Source: Patescibacteria group bacterium (GTDB lineage: Bacteria > Patescibacteriota > WWE3 > UBA101185 > UBA10185). From it: 64,000 bases of DNA. Under the pieces are notes generated by a model that was not told the origin of the DNA, ran no database searches, and saw only the letters and a list, made by a program, of their open reading frames with translations. The translations under genes and the position numbers were made by a program. Where the stretch lies: contig BPJL01000004.1 in NCBI GenBank assembly GCA_026004595.1, positions 11,919 through 75,918 of the forward strand, read 5' to 3'. Positions 28,087 through 39,156 of this stretch are shown here, in pieces; position 1 is the stretch's first letter; every line of letters begins with the position of its first letter.

Positions 28087-30387
28087 TTAGCAATTCTTAC
28101 CCTTTTTGGGCGTGATCACGACACTTCCCTCTTTCATAGAAGCGCATAAAGACAAGGGCCTTTTTTCGTGGTGCAATAAATATTCCGCTAGAGAATCTAC
28201 TAATTCCTTTTCGATAGTTCTTCTTAGAGCTCGAGCACCGTATTCAAGAGAGCCTCCCTTCTCTAGTAAGTATTCTTTAACTTCTTTGGCCACGATTAAG
28301 CTAATGTTTTGAGATTTCAAAGTGGCGCTTATCTCTTTTATGAGTAACTCTAGTACCCGAAGCTGACTTTCCTTTTGTAATCTCTTGAAAATAATAACCT
28401 CATCAAACCTGTTTATAAGCTCGGGTTTAAGTATTTTTTTCAGATTGTTTCTCAACCTTCCCTCAACCGTTTTGTCACTAAAAGTCTTTTCTTCAAACCC
28501 GATCTCATTGTTGTGAAGTATTTCCGTTCCTAAATTGCTTGTCAAAATAACGACTGACCTAGAAAAATCGTATGTTGTGCCTTTTGCATCCACGAGCTCC
28601 CCCTCCTCCATTATCTGGAGCAGGATGTTTAGAACATCCGGGTGGGCTTTCTCAATCTCGTCAAACAAGACTACGCTATCTGGCTTAGCCTCGATTTTTG
28701 ACGTCAGTTCGCCGCCTTCACCGTAACCCACATAACCAGGGGGAGCACCAACTAATCTAGCAACTGTATGCTTCTCTGAAAAGTCACTCATGTCTAACCT
28801 AATTAGAGATTTTTCCCCAAAAAACAGATCGGCGACAACTTTGGCCATTTCGGTTTTTCCTACACCTGTTGGCCCCAAAAAGAGAAAGTTGCCTATCGGC
28901 CTTTTTCTTGATCTAAGGCCTAATTTTGATCTAACTAGGCTCTTTGCAACCAGGTTCACCGCCTCATCTTGCCCAACAATTCTTGCCTTCATCTTCTCAG
29001 CCAATAAAGATAAATTTCTCAACCCTGTTTTGTCCTCTTCTATCTCTCGCTCTTCTCTAAAAATGGAGACAGCTTCATTCACATCCTCGGTTGTCATTTT
29101 CAACTTTTTCCCGGATGTGAATATTTTTTCTTCTTTTGATGACAATTTAAGATCGTAGTTCTTTATCTTCTTCCTCAAACGCAGGGCCTTATCAAATTTT
29201 CCCTCGTCCAAAGTGTCGCGCAGTTTGGACAACATATCAAACCTTTTGTCCACTAATTCCTTGTAGCTCTCGGGTATTCGGCTTTTTTTCAAAATAACAT
29301 AGGTGCAGCAGTGATCCATCAAATCTACGCCCTTTTGAGGAAATTTATCGTCGGAAAGAAGCTCTTTTGCCTTTTTGTATATAAGATTAACCATTGATTT
29401 TGATATCCCCACGTTGTGAAACTCACTAAGGTACATAGCCGTGCTTTCAAGAATTTTTTGGGTCTCGCTCTCGGTCGGTTCTACAACCTCCACCGTTCCG
29501 AAGTCTTCAAGAATGTGTTCATTTTCGGCAGAAAGCTTTTCGTACAGGCCCGAAGACATAGTTGCAATTATTTTAATATCTGTTGTGTCTAGAGCCGATT
29601 TGAACATTGAATAAAAAATCGGCATGGCAAAACCTGTAGCAGTGGCAAAAAAGGAGTTCTGAAAGTTTTTAATAAAAAGAATGACACGATTTATAGACCT
29701 CAATTCGTCTGATAATTGAGCGAGCCCCATTTCTATTCCGCTTTTATTCAATAAACTCGTCATAAACGCCAACATATCAAACTCTATAACCTGGTATCCA
29801 ACCAAAGCCGGGGGCACATCTAAAGCAGAAATGTTTCTGGCTAAAAGCTCAACAAGAGCTCTTTTCCCTACTCCCGGATCACCTAATATCAGAACATTTG
29901 GGGTGTTTTTAAGAAGTAGTGATGCTACCAAACTCTCGTATATGGTGCGATACACCAGAGGCTTGTCCATATTCCGCATTGTTTTTTGATTCAAATTTTC
30001 ACCAAAAGCGTCAAGGATAGGTGTCTTTCTGATCTTGTCTACCGATCTCACAGTATTGGGAAAAACACTAAGCTTGATAAGTTCAAATCTCAAACGATGG
30101 TAGTCTGGGGAATCACACATTTTGAAAAGGGCTAAAGTCAGATGTTCGGTGCCAACATACATATGTTCAAAATTGGCGGCTTGCACAAACGCTTCCTTTA
30201 CCAAGTTTGTCTGCGATATCATCTTTCTCTTATTTACAACATAAGAACCAAGCGATTGAAGCAAAGTGTTACCCATCCCGCCCTCTTCCACTATAGCTGC
30301 GAGGTATTTAGCACTAGACACCGCTTCCTTTTCAGGAAGTTTGAGTAGAACCGATTTCGCGCGCTGTGTAAGTCTATCTAATATCAT
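28087..30387 (-). CDS. clpC: ClpC/ClpA-type AAA+ chaperone with degenerate first ATPase module
   Basis: YVGTEHL; NBD2 GPTGVGKT, DMSDF, GAPPGYVGY, FDEIEKAH, IGF loop, YGARALRR. Confidence 0.85.
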   Translation of the reverse strand: MILDRLTQRAKSVLLKLPEKEAVSSAKYLAAIVEEGGMGNTLLQSLGSYVVNKRKMISQTNLVKEAFVQAANFEHMYVGTEHLTLALFKMCDSPDYHRLRFELIKLSVFPNTVRSVDKIRKTPILDAFGENLNQKTMRNMDKPLVYRTIYESLVASLLLKNTPNVLILGDPGVGKRALVELLARNISALDVPPALVGYQVIEFDMLAFMTSLLNKSGIEMGLAQLSDELRSINRVILFIKNFQNSFFATATGFAMPIFYSMFKSALDTTDIKIIATMSSGLYEKLSAENEHILEDFGTVEVVEPTESETQKILESTAMYLSEFHNVGISKSMVNLIYKKAKELLSDDKFPQKGVDLMDHCCTYVILKKSRIPESYKELVDKRFDMLSKLRDTLDEGKFDKALRLRKKIKNYDLKLSSKEEKIFTSGKKLKMTTEDVNEAVSIFREEREIEEDKTGLRNLSLLAEKMKARIVGQDEAVNLVAKSLVRSKLGLRSRKRPIGNFLFLGPTGVGKTEMAKVVADLFFGEKSLIRLDMSDFSEKHTVARLVGAPPGYVGYGEGGELTSKIEAKPDSVVLFDEIEKAHPDVLNILLQIMEEGELVDAKGTTYDFSRSVVILTSNLGTEILHNNEIGFEEKTFSDKTVEGRLRNNLKKILKPELINRFDEVIIFKRLQKESQLRVLELLIKEISATLKSQNISLIVAKEVKEYLLEKGGSLEYGARALRRTIEKELVDSLAEYLLHHEKRPLSLCASMKEGSVVITPKKGKNC

Positions 30388-30447
30388 GGTTAGCAATCCC
30401 CCGCCGCATAAGGCAGGGGACAAAATTGGTCTGCGTTTGGGCAAATA

Positions 30448-31555
30448 CTATCCTTGTTCGCGTGTACTCAGAGCGAGTTTTTGATTTGTACCATCGACCT
30501 GTATAACTACAGCTTCAACCTCATCGCCTTCTTTAAGAGGAGACGCCGCTTCTGAAACATGAATCAGGCCGTCCAAGCCCTTTTCTATCGTTACAAAAGC
30601 CCCAAAAGGTACAATTTTGCTAACCACCCCCTTTAACCTTCGTGCCTACAGGATATTTTTCCTCCACAGTTTCCCAGGGGTTCGGAGTAAGTCTTTTAAC
30701 GCTTAGCGCGAGCTTCTTGCTTTGTTCATCAACACCTAAAACCATAACTTGAACTGTCTTACCAACTGAAAAATATGACGACGGATTATTCACTTTCTCC
30801 CATGCAATTTCACTAATGTGCACCAGGCCTTCCACCCCGTCCAAGTCAACGAAAACTCCAAATGGCATAATTCCTGTAACTATGCCCTCAAGTATTGTAC
30901 CCGGTTCAATCTCGCGTAGCCTTTTTTCTCGGCTCTCATCGCTATATGTACTCAATGCATCCTTCTCTGAAAGAACAAAACGATTCTTTACAGGATCTAA
31001 CTCTATCACTTTGACCCTAATAACTTTACCCGCAAGAGTTTTTAGTGACTCTTTCAGCTCAGCCTCGCTGCCGGCCGCAAACTTAGCAATATCATTGGCA
31101 AAATGGCTTCTATCTAAATGGGAAAGCGGTATGAAACCTCTCAAACCGAGACAATCGCACAGAAGACCTCCTTTGTTATACTCAAGAATTGTCGCTTCAA
31201 GAACAGAACCGTTTTCAAACGCCTCTTCAGCGCCCTTCCATTTCTTATCCTTTTCAGCTTTTTTGAGGGATAAAACAATGTACCCTTGCATGTTCTCTAC
31301 CTGCACAACTTTGGCGAGAACGGTGTCCCCAAGCTTTAAATGCTTGAAAGACTCATCGGCGTCGGCAAGATCCGACCCCGTAACAATGCCTTCAGATTTT
31401 GCCCCCAAATCGAGCAAAACCTCGTTGTGGGAAACACTAACTACAGTGCCTTCGACAAGATCTCCTGGTCTTAAATCTTTCATCTGAAGATCTTTGTCAG
31501 TAATAAGCTTGGCCATCGCCGAACCCGGCTTATGAACCTTTGATGATTTTGACAT
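30448..31555 (-). CDS. rpsA: Ribosomal protein bS1 (4 S1 domains), +1 frameshift in G5 run near 30627-30631
   Basis: S1 repeats; removing one G continues KVKG|VVSKIVPFGAFVTIEKGLDGLIHVSE...KLALSTREQG* to TAG at 30448. Confidence 0.9.
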
Positions 31556-31720
31556 TGTGGGTTATTTGCCTTTTCAGGCTTCCTGGGAAACCTTCACGGG
31601 CAAAAACCTCCTTTCTCCCCTCTTCGTTGAGGGAACGGGGAGATTATAACTTTATTTGACAGGGAAATCTAGGGGTTTTTGAGTTGACAAAAACTTCAGA
31701 AAAAATCCACAGTCATGTCA

Positions 31721-32765
31721 ATGGCGGTTGAAAAATTTGAACAACAGTTAGGAGCAAAAGGGGATCTAAGCAAATTGAATGACAATCAGCTAAAAGAGGC
31801 AGAAAAAAGTAGTAAAACTTGAAACCGAGATAAAAGAAAGGGCTGAAACTCCCAAGCACGATGAAATGTTGGATGTATTCCGTGGTGGAAAAAGAGAAAC
31901 AAAGTGGGATACCGCAGAAGATACTTTGGACAAAGCATTCAGAGATAACGGGGTAGAAGATTTTGACCTCACAAAAGTAAAAAGGCTCGAACATAATGAA
32001 CTCCCGAATTTCAACGAGGGAAGAGAGAAAGGCAAGCCACAAATTTACTACAAACAGGTGATGGTTGAGAAACAGAGAAACATTTTTGAAAAACTTCGCG
32101 ACCGAAAATCCAACAGAGAGCTCGAGATGATACCTTCAGATCAGGTTCTGGTTATTGTCAACATGAACAACGGTGAGAAACCTGAAAATAACACCGTAGT
32201 TTGCATGCTAGCAAGACAAAAGGACGGGAAACTTGATAAAACCGACAGCTCTGCGCTAAATACACTGGAATCCGAAGAACAATACCTTAAAACAGCCGGA
32301 TCAAAAAGCTCCTCTTCTGATTCAAGATTTCGACGGGGAGAACTAACAACACAAGGGTATAGAAAAGTTTACAAAGGCGAAACCGGACATTCTATAGAAG
32401 ATTATTGGAAAGATTGGGATAAAAATGTGGAAAAAACCGTCGATTATCATAAATCGGAAAAGTACAAGGCAACCCTTATGGAAAGGCTCAACGAAGATTA
32501 TACAAGAATACTAGCCGAAACCCAGCAAAGAAAAGAAGAAATCATCAACGAAACAAAGAAAAGGCTTGAAGCAAATAAGGAGAAAAAAAGAAAATTGATT
32601 ACGGACATAGACTTCACGTTGCTTCTTGAAAACCTTTACCAAATCCAGAAAAGCGGCGCCGAGAAGGACATAAAAAGAATGGAAAAACTTAGATCTTTGT
32701 ACAGCAAAGCGTTCTCGGAATATAGATGGGACGAACTTTGGGAGAAAGGCGACCTGCTGGTATGA
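31721..32765 (+). CDS. Hypothetical Lys/Glu-rich protein, probable +1 frameshift in A6 run at 31803-31808
   Basis: MAVEKFEQQLG...KEAEK joins VVKLETEIKERAE...MLDVF of the 31866 ORF if one A is removed; coiled-coil C-terminus. Confidence 0.55.
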
Positions 32766-33091
32766 ACAGGGAAACACTACAAAAATACATAAAAATAATC
32801 AGGAAAACGGGCACAAACGAACCTTTGAAAGACGCGATAGTGGGTTTTTTGGAAACTTATGACGGCACGAACAAGGAGGAGCTAGATATACTAGTTTTTG
32901 CCCTGTTAACAACACTAGTCAGAATGGACGATCTTGAGGTAAAAGAAGATGCATACGATGCTCTTTTGCTGGACAAAGAGCTTTTTGATCTAGACATTAG
33001 TGAGATAAAAAGACGGTACTCAGAATTGATTTCTGGGAAATTTCTCCCTGATCCCCCCGCTAGTACGGGAACTTCTTCGCCAACGGAATAA
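32762..33091 (+). CDS. Hypothetical acidic helical protein
   Basis: ATGA overlap with upstream stop; MNRETLQKY... Confidence 0.6.
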   Translation: MNRETLQKYIKIIRKTGTNEPLKDAIVGFLETYDGTNKEELDILVFALLTTLVRMDDLEVKEDAYDALLLDKELFDLDISEIKRRYSELISGKFLPDPPASTGTSSPTE

Positions 33092-33126
33092 TTGAAAAAG
33101 GCACGCCCCTACCCCTGCGCAGAAAA

Positions 33127-33398
33127 ACAAAACCCCGGCGACGACCTTATGTCAGACGATATAGTGCGAAGCGCTATAGCCCTGACGAGGGCGAAGCGAG
33201 TACAAAGGATGATAAGCACACAAAACTTCTAAATCAAGGTAAAAGCTTGGGGGAAAACGACAAAACCCCGGCGACGACCTTATGTCAGACGATATAGTGC
33301 GAAGCGCTATAGCCCTGACGAGGGCGAAGCGAGTACAAAGGATGATAAGCACACAAAACTTCTAAATCAAGGTAAAAGCTTGGGGGAAAACGACAAAA

Positions 33399-33413
<15 letters not shown>
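33127..33413. repeat. Two identical 133-bp tandem units plus a third 21-bp copy that is the 5S rRNA 3' end
   Basis: acaaaaccccggcgacgacct at 33127, 33260 and 33393; intervening 112 bp identical. Confidence 0.95.
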
Positions 33414-33513
<100 letters not shown>

Positions 33514-34024
33514 TCTTGCCCCCAAAACTAAATTTGGTTGTCAAAAGCTTCGGATTCGGTTTAGTAACATAAACCGTCCTGCCCAAAAGCAGCAAAAAGC
33601 TCACTGGAAACCAAACAGAAAGTCTAATAATCACAAAAATTCAACACCAACTCGTTAAGTAAATAAAGACGCACAAATATTAGTACCGCTCGGCTCAACA
33701 CATTGCTGTGCTTACACCTACGGCCTATCAACCTGGTAATCTCCCAGGATTTGTGTCCGCTCGAGGCGGATCGGCTTTAATCTCGAGGTTTGCTTCGTGC
33801 TTAGATGCTTTCAGCACTTATCAAGTCAGGACGTAGCTACCCAGCAATGCCCTTGGCAGGACAACTGGTACACCAGAGGTTCTGTCATTCCGGTCCTCTC
33901 GTACTAGGAATGAGTCCTCTCAAAGCCAAACGCTCGTTGTGGAAAGAGACCGAACTGTCTCACGACGTTCTTAACCCATCTAACGCGCCACTTTAACCGG
34001 CGAACAGCCGGACCCTTGGAACCT

Positions 34025-34725
34025 CAACCTTCCAATATTACTATTGGGGTAAGACTATACCTTTACCATGGCATTTATGTCACCAAAAATGCTTTAGGTA
34101 CGAGCCGTGTGATAGAAACAACGTTCTATCTCATTCTGCAGTTTGTGAACGCAGAAATCAGTCGTTACGGGAGTCATTAACTTGGATCATTGAACTGAAG
34201 TTTTTGCGTCTATTTCTTGAACGGACGTTTAAACTTGCCAATGCATCCGCTAATCGTGCCGCTTCAAATAATGATTCTTTTATCATTATCTTAATGTTCA
34301 GGATTTTAATGGCTAACAGTGCTTGTCTCCTTTTTGTGTGCAAAAAGGAACTAATTTGCGTTAGTAAAAACAAAACATCACGTTGGTTCCATACTACCCA
34401 CTCAAAAGTGGATCCACACTTCCTGACGGAACCCGATCCTGTCATGTCCACTAACCAGGCAACGTGCTTTTCCAGCATTTGGGAAATTTTCAGCACTACC
34501 CCGGATTCTATATCCGAGTAGCTTCTCCGAATGCTTTTCGATCGTTGCCATAATTGCACCGTCCCCCATCTATAAATCCAGCCAGATAGGCACTATTAAC
34601 TTCAGTTAGTAACTTTCCCACGGTATTGACCTTTCATTTGCTAAACCAAAGAAACTTCAAGGCTTCCACCGTTTTGGACTCGTTTATTACCTTGGCGTTT
34701 CCACCAAGGAGAGTAAGTTAAGTTT
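34025..34725 (-). mobile_element. Group I intron at 23S position 2533 (E. coli numbering)
   Basis: Interrupts GGAGC|AGGUUCCAAGG; terminal G; R CCGUAACGACUGA, S AAGGUAUAGUC; P2 with GAAA loop. Confidence 0.9.
34158..34621 (-). pseudogene. Single-motif LAGLIDADG homing endonuclease with two +1 G frameshifts (possibly sequencing errors)
   Basis: GTG..SAYLAGFIDG|DGAIMATIEKH...YRIR|VVLKISQ...FLHTKRRQA; extra G in runs at 34563-34567 and 34499-34502. Confidence 0.8.
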
Positions 34726-34796
34726 GCTCCAGCTCCAGGATGTGACGAGACGACATCGAGGTGCCAAACCTTGCCGCCGCTATGGACGCTCGGGCA

Positions 34797-34832
<36 letters not shown>

Positions 34833-35157
34833 ATAAGTTCCGGGCCTACCACTAGGCACACGGAAGATCACTAAGCCCTACTTTCGTATCTGCTCGACTT
34901 GTAGGTCTCGCAGTCAAGCTCTCATATACCTTTACGCTTACAGCGCCATTTCCATCGGCGCTAAGAGAACCTTTGGGCTCCTGCGTTATCTTTTAGCAGG
35001 AATCCGCCCCCAGATAAACTGCCCGCCAGGCATTGTCCTCCCTGCAGGTCATGCAGGGCAGTAAGGCTCTCAGAGCCAGAAGAGAGGTGTTTCATTGGCG
35101 ATACATACAAGTATGGATCTCCCTCCTACGCTACACATCTAACACCGATTACCAATA

Positions 35158-35194
<37 letters not shown>

Positions 35195-35262
35195 AACAAC
35201 GAGTAACCGGCATCTTCACCGGTAGTTCAATTTCACCGAGCTCGTGATTAAGAGAGTGCTCA

Positions 35263-35294
<32 letters not shown>

Positions 35295-35588
35295 CACGTT
35301 ATATCCAATATCACTATTGGCGCTGACTATATCTTCATCCTTAAATCTTAAATTAAGGAGTCGGCGTGTGATGTAATCTAAGATTTTTGCTCAACGAGGT
35401 TGAAACAAAAGATTTACATCTCATCTTCGGATGATAGATCGCACCGAAGAATCAGTCGATACGGGGGTTTCTAACAAAGTTAGAAAACTTCCCACGGAAT
35501 TGCATTGGAAATTTGCACGTGTGCTCCCTATGAACACATTACCAAAGCTTTTCCGTTATTAAGCCGATACGGGCTCGTATTTCCACTT
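35295..35588 (-). mobile_element. ORF-less group I intron at 23S position 1951
   Basis: Interrupts UCGGGU|AAGUUCCGAC; IGS GCCCG; R CCGUAUCGACUGA, S AAGAUAUAGUC; terminal G. Confidence 0.9.
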
Positions 35589-35608
35589 ACCCGACAAGGG
35601 ATTACGCT

Positions 35609-35871
35609 CAAATCCTATCTTCTTCGCAAATTGCGAATCCAGGTAGCACCCTGTCAATGCCACCGCTGCATGTCGCCATGCAGATGCGACTATATCTTCT
35701 CCATCGAGTTCGAGGGGAGTCCGGCGTGTAGTCTGTGAGGATTCTCGCCTAGATAAGCGAGCCTTTCCTGCTGATTGTCCGCACTGGCAAGATTTTCACC
35801 GCGATGAGCGGTACTTCCAGATTCTCGGAGTTTCCAGCATATAGCCGAATTTTACTATGGCAGCGATTTAA
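35609..35871 (-). mobile_element. ORF-less group I intron at 23S position 1931
   Basis: Interrupts CUAUGGU|AGCG; IGS CGCU-GCCAUAG; P AUAUGCUGGAAA, Q AAUCAGCAGG, R CUCACAGACUAC, S AAGAUAUAGUC. Confidence 0.9.
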
Positions 35872-35885
35872 ACCATAGAACAGTT

Positions 35886-36706
35886 CACGATTGTTACTCA
35901 TCCGCCTCTTTAAAGCGGAAGGGTCCCAACATTTCTGTGGGACTCTGTGTGTCGCCACACAGGTCGGACTATATCATTCTCACTTTCACGTGAGACCTGG
36001 CGTATAGTCTCTGAGGATTTTCCGAAGACATCTTCAATGGAGTATTTTCGCTTTCTACCCCTCCCCTCATTCAACTTCTCTCTAATCTTAAGAATTTCGT
36101 AAAAGGATTGCGAGTTTAAGGGCTTTTTATTAGCGATGAAGCTAATTTCCTTAAAAAGCTCGTAATTCCTCTGTTTACTTGAAGAGAGAAATCTGAAGGC
36201 ATCGAAGTAAGGTATAACCTTGGTTATTATATCTTTTGGCTTTGTAACATCGTAAGAATATAAACCATCGCATTTTCTTGTTTTTATGATCCCGCAATTC
36301 AGTGTGTTTTTGATTATTCTCAAAACGGTTAAATCTTTTTGAGAAATGTTAAAACTTAACACTATTTGCCATCCAATACGATAGTCGTTCTTACGTCGGA
36401 GAGAAACATTAAAACTTCCTTCCCCGTCAACAAAACCTGCAATGTAATAACCTAGTCCTTGGAAACTTTCCTGCTGATTGTCCGCACTTGGTACATTTTT
36501 ACTAGACATACCCGAATAATATACGAATATAGCTAGTAGCCCAAGATTCTTTTTTCTAATGAAATTAGAGACACCATGTCTTTTGTAAAAGCATGGACGG
36601 ATATTCCAGCATATGGCCAAGTTTTTCCTTAAACCTTCACGGTTCAAGGGAGCATCGACTATTCGCTGCTTCATGCAACGAAGATGCTCTCAACTACGAC
36701 TTCTTC
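35886..36706 (-). mobile_element. Group I intron at 23S position 1917 (helix 69) with homing endonuclease
   Basis: Interrupts GUAACUAU|AACUG; IGS GUAGUU; P/Q/R/S elements present; terminal G. Confidence 0.92.
35910..36509 (-). CDS. Single-motif LAGLIDADG homing endonuclease
   Basis: YYIAGFVDGEGSF, FNISQKD, LNCG.I, IPYFD....SSK...YELF; start MSSKN at 36509. Confidence 0.92.
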   Translation of the reverse strand: MSSKNVPSADNQQESFQGLGYYIAGFVDGEGSFNVSLRRKNDYRIGWQIVLSFNISQKDLTVLRIIKNTLNCGIIKTRKCDGLYSYDVTKPKDIITKVIPYFDAFRFLSSSKQRNYELFKEISFIANKKPLNSQSFYEILKIREKLNEGRGRKRKYSIEDVFGKSSETIRQVSRESENDIVRPVWRHTESHRNVGTLPL

Positions 36707-37540
36707 ATAGTTACTGCTGGCCGTTCACCCGGGCTTAAACCAAAAGCTCATTCCAACCTAAGTTGGAAATCACCCCCGGCCTTGACCTACGGGCACTGGG
36801 CAGGCGTCGGCCCCTATACATCCCATTACTGGTTTAGCAGAGACCTGTGTTTTTGTTAAACAGCCGCTTGAGCCATTTTTGTGCCCCCTACCTACTTCCT
36901 GCTTTCGCAGGCTCGTGGCAGGGCATCCTTTTCCCGAAGTTACGGATGTAATTTGCCTAGTTCCTCAACCACGATTCGCTCGTTCGCCTTAGTATTCTCT
37001 ACCCACCTACCTGTGTCGGTTTGCGGTACGAATTCTGCAAGATCTCCCTAGAGACTTTTCCTGGAAGCTTGCGTGGCACCAAATTATCCGCCTTGCGGCA
37101 GACTTTCCCTAAGCTCGACGTAACGCCTGTGCGGATTTGCCTACACAGACTGCCTTGCTTTTGGGACTCAAATCCTTAATGAGCTTGGTCCATCATGCTC
37201 CGTCCTCCCCTCGGTGATAACGATCTTACAGAAGTGCAGGAATATTAACCTGCTATCCATCGGGTACGCCTTTCGGCCTCCCCTTAGGGTCGACTAACCC
37301 TCCGATGACTGACATAGCGGAGGAACCCTTAGGTTTTCGGCGGAATGGGTTTTCACCATTCTCTCGTTACTCATGCCAGCATTCTCACTTGATGCCGCTC
37401 CAGCATCCCTCACGGGTACACCTTCACAGCTGCATCAAAGCTCCCCTACCACTTGCTGAAACATTGCTGCAACAGCAAATCCATAGCTTCGGTATTATGC
37501 TTGAGCCCCGTTAAATCGTCGGCGCGAAATCGTTCAACTA

Positions 37541-37591
<51 letters not shown>

Positions 37592-38153
37592 AGCTGTCTT
37601 AACGATCTCACTTCCTTGCCCACTAAGCATAATTTAGGGACCTTAGCTGATGGTCCGGGTTGTTTCCCTTTTGTGCCACGAGATTTCCCCGCAGCACTGA
37701 CTCCTTGGAACACTTTGCGCATTCGGAGTTTGGTAGGAGTGGGTACACTTGCGCGCCCCATCCCCTTTCAGTATCTCTACCTCGCAAAGTTGTATAACAA
37801 GGGCTATACCTAAATATATTTCGGGGAGAACCAGCTATCGCCAAGTTCGTTTAGCGTTTCACCCCTAACCACAGCTCATCCGAGCGTTTTTCCTCACACA
37901 ACGGTTCGGACCTCCACCCTGATTTCGCAGGGTTTCATCCTGGCCATGGTTAGCTCACCTGGCTTCGGGTCTAATAAAATGGACTAAGCGCCCTTTTAAG
38001 ACTCGGTTTCCCTACGCCTTCGCCGCAAACACGGCTTAAGCTCGCCCAATTTATTAACTCGCTGGCTCATTCTTCAATAGGCACGGCATTACCCTTGCGG
38101 GCTTTGCCAGCTTGTCTGCATACGGTTTCAGTATCTATTTCACTCCCCTAACA

Positions 38154-38184
<31 letters not shown>

Positions 38185-38870
38185 ATGCGCTATCGGTGTC
38201 TTCGCGTATTTAGCCTTACGACGTGGACGTCGCTTATTCACACAGGGTTACACGTGTCCCGTGCTACTCAAGATCAACCCAAGAGATTTTCCCGTTTCGG
38301 ATACAGGGCTGTTACCTTCTGTGGCGTAACTTTCCAGATAGCTTCTCCTACGGAAAAATTTTCTACACTCTTTTGTGATTTAACACTAGGGTTGTCTGTA
38401 CCCCCATATACTTTGTTCAAAGATTTGGACTGTCGGCTTACACCGCCAATCCTTTCTAAGAACAAAATGGGTTTGGGCTGTTCCCCGTTCGCTCGCCGCT
38501 ACTAGGAGAATACCTAACTTGGTCTCTTTTCCTCCGGCTACTAAGTTGTTTCAGTTCGCCGAGTTCCCTCTCAATTGCCTATAACCGCTTGCGCAGCCTT
38601 CAGCAATTAGTAACCTCGCCTTATCAGCGGGCTGGGTTTCCCCATTCGGAAATCCCCGAGTAATAACGCTTCGTAGCAGCTCCTCGAGGCTTATGGCAGC
38701 TTAGCACCTCCTTCATCGGCGCGAAGACCCAAGGCATCCACCATATGCATTAGTATCTTTACTTACTTTTGAACACAATCGCTTGTGTTCGGCGAAACCA
38801 TCGGCTTGCGCCAACGGCTTCAATTGAATCGTGAAATTGAATCTTTGTTGATAAAAGACTTTCTGTTCAG

Positions 38871-38882
38871 TTTTCAAAGAGC
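38871..38882 (-). promoter_or_regulatory. rrn boxA antitermination element before 23S
   Basis: GCTCTTTGAAAA. Confidence 0.7.
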
Positions 38883-38924
38883 TTTATGCAAAAAAATTGC
38901 TTTCCTGCCCCACCAGTCTTTTTC

Positions 38925-39001
38925 TGGTGGACCGTAGGAGATTCGAACTCCTGGCCTCTACATTGCAAATGTAGCGCTCTAGCCAACTGAGCTAACGGCC
39001 C
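38925..39001 (-). tRNA. tRNA-Ala(TGC)
   Basis: GGGCCGTTAGCTCAGTTGGCTAGAGCG CTACA TTTGCAA TGTAG AGGCCAGGAGTTCGAATCTCCTACGGTCCACCA. Confidence 0.97.
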
Positions 39002-39156
39002 TGAAGCATTGAAAGCTAGATCAGTTTATCCAAAGATAAACGTATTTTCAATACGCTTCAGAGAGCACGCCTATTAATAATAAAAGTCGGAGATTCAGAG
39101 CTTACTAACTTCCGTCAAAGCGGAAGGAAGGTAAATTCCTTAATTAAGGCAAGGGT

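Noticed and set aside
30620-30640. Programmed ribosomal frameshift in rpsA (also recF and comM)
   Set aside because: The same +1 homopolymer pattern recurs in unrelated genes; sequencing error is more parsimonious
30816-31487. Long antisense ORF over rpsA and similar shadow ORFs elsewhere
   Set aside because: Ser/Thr/Phe-rich mirror frames of real genes with no motifs
33150-33215. Hammerhead ribozyme (CTGACGA core)
   Set aside because: No stem II followed by GAAA and no matching stems I and III
38340-38470. Intervening sequence in 23S domain I
   Set aside because: Length is compatible with a normally variable helix region; no ORF or clear excision stem
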